Shown here: positions 63,225 to 64,000 of the stretch, piece after piece | Layout of the letters: each line of letters opens with the position of its first letter | Position numbering within the stretch: the stretch's first letter is position 1 | Assembly (NCBI GenBank): GCA_963840035.1 | Contig: CAWIXE010000002.1 | Span: forward strand, 288,001-352,000 | Length of the DNA: 64,000 nucleotides | From: a candidate division FCPU426 bacterium | Lineage (GTDB): Bacteria > Oederibacteriota > PGYV01 > Palsa-1178 | Direction: 5' to 3' | Program-made: the position numbers and the translations under genes | The notes under the pieces: model-generated | What the model saw: the letters and a program-made list of their open reading frames with translations, nothing else | What the model was told of the DNA's origin: nothing | Databases searched by the model: none

Positions 63225-64000
63225 ATGCTTAAGAAAATCGCACTGCTTTTGGCTATGGTTATCCTGCCGGTACTCGTATTATCGGCTGATTCGGCAACGA
63301 TAGGGAGCGACCACTGGACTTATAAAGACATTAAGTCCCTTGTCGACTCCGGCGTTATTTCCAAACCCCTGACAAAGGATTCGCTTACCAGGGCGGAAGT
63401 CGTCGATTACATAAACGACGGCGTCCATAACGTGCTTGCCGCCAACGGCGCTGTGCAGGCGTCGGGCTCTGACGCCGTTTTAATGGCGCAGATAGACAAA
63501 CTGTATAACCTGGTAAAGGCATACATGACAGATATGATGAAGACGCAGCAGAAGCTGGACTCCATTCTTGAGACCATAGGCGACCTGAAAGTCAAAAAAG
63601 AAAACATAGAAAAAAGACAGGACAAGCTTTTAAATTCTATGGGTATGAGGATTAACGGAGAATCCAGCGCTTATATGACCGATGTGTTGTTATTTGGATC
63701 CAAATATCTGGCTCCGGGAACAACAGCCCAGCGCTACAGGCCTATTACGCAGTACCTTGACCTTAAATTCTCGCTCAACGCCACCAAGGAAATGTACGCT
63801 GAAGCCACATTCCGCGTGGAAAATGTTTACGGCGGATTTTGGGGTTCCATGGACATATACGGATTAAGAAGGTTCTTCATACAGGGCCAGTATCCGGTAT
63901 CATTTGTTTTTGGCGATTACCAGGCGAAACTTACGCCCTTTACTTTATGGGCGGTTGACGATGAAAGGCCGTATGAGTCCAGGATATTCTCCGACAAAAG
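63225..64000 (+). CDS. Second SLH-like/coiled-coil/beta-barrel protein, 3' truncated (absent from ORF track)
   Basis: RBS GGAGGT; MLKKIALLL...DHWTYKDIKSLVDSGVI...LTRAE, coiled coil, then MRINGE... beta strands; open to window end. Confidence 0.8.
   Translation, partial: MLKKIALLLAMVILPVLVLSADSATIGSDHWTYKDIKSLVDSGVISKPLTKDSLTRAEVVDYINDGVHNVLAANGAVQASGSDAVLMAQIDKLYNLVKAYMTDMMKTQQKLDSILETIGDLKVKKENIEKRQDKLLNSMGMRINGESSAYMTDVLLFGSKYLAPGTTAQRYRPITQYLDLKFSLNATKEMYAEATFRVENVYGGFWGSMDIYGLRRFFIQGQYPVSFVFGDYQAKLTPFTLWAVDDERPYESRIFSDK

Overview
Chromosomal window from a diderm bacterium (LptE and several beta-barrels present); almost all real genes lie on the + strand. The gene style (Thr-rich stalked glycanases with T9SS-like C-terminal domains, PorV-like barrels) recalls Candidatus Goldbacteria-like lineages, but that is inference. 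Left half: housekeeping genes (leuS-lptE-holA, rpsT, argS, truA, polA-coaE), a c-di-GMP signalling cluster, a TA pair and a polyamine operon. The main discovery is a coherent polysaccharide-sensing, secretion and uptake system. (i) Two ECF sigma/anti-sigma pairs: one anti-sigma carries the same CBM11/CIA30-like module as the GH8 enzymes, the other ends in a domain resembling the cargo secretion signal. (ii) Two distinct fixed-spacing promoter motifs readable in the DNA: GCAACC-N15-CGTTA (3 copies) and G[GA]AA[CT][TA]-N16-GTC (4 copies). (iii) Two GH8 and two GH9 multidomain enzymes with CTDs, two PorV-like barrels, two GT-C glycosyltransferases, a LacI regulator with candidate operators, and two SLH-anchored porin-like proteins. 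Intergenic DNA is full of heptamer-repeat hairpins and REP-like elements; several are nested and one arm sits in frame inside leuS. Five apparent +1 insertions (leuS x3, argS, one GGDEF gene) are probably sequencing errors. No rRNA, tRNA, CRISPR array or transposase was recognised. All family calls are by eye from motifs; no searches were run.
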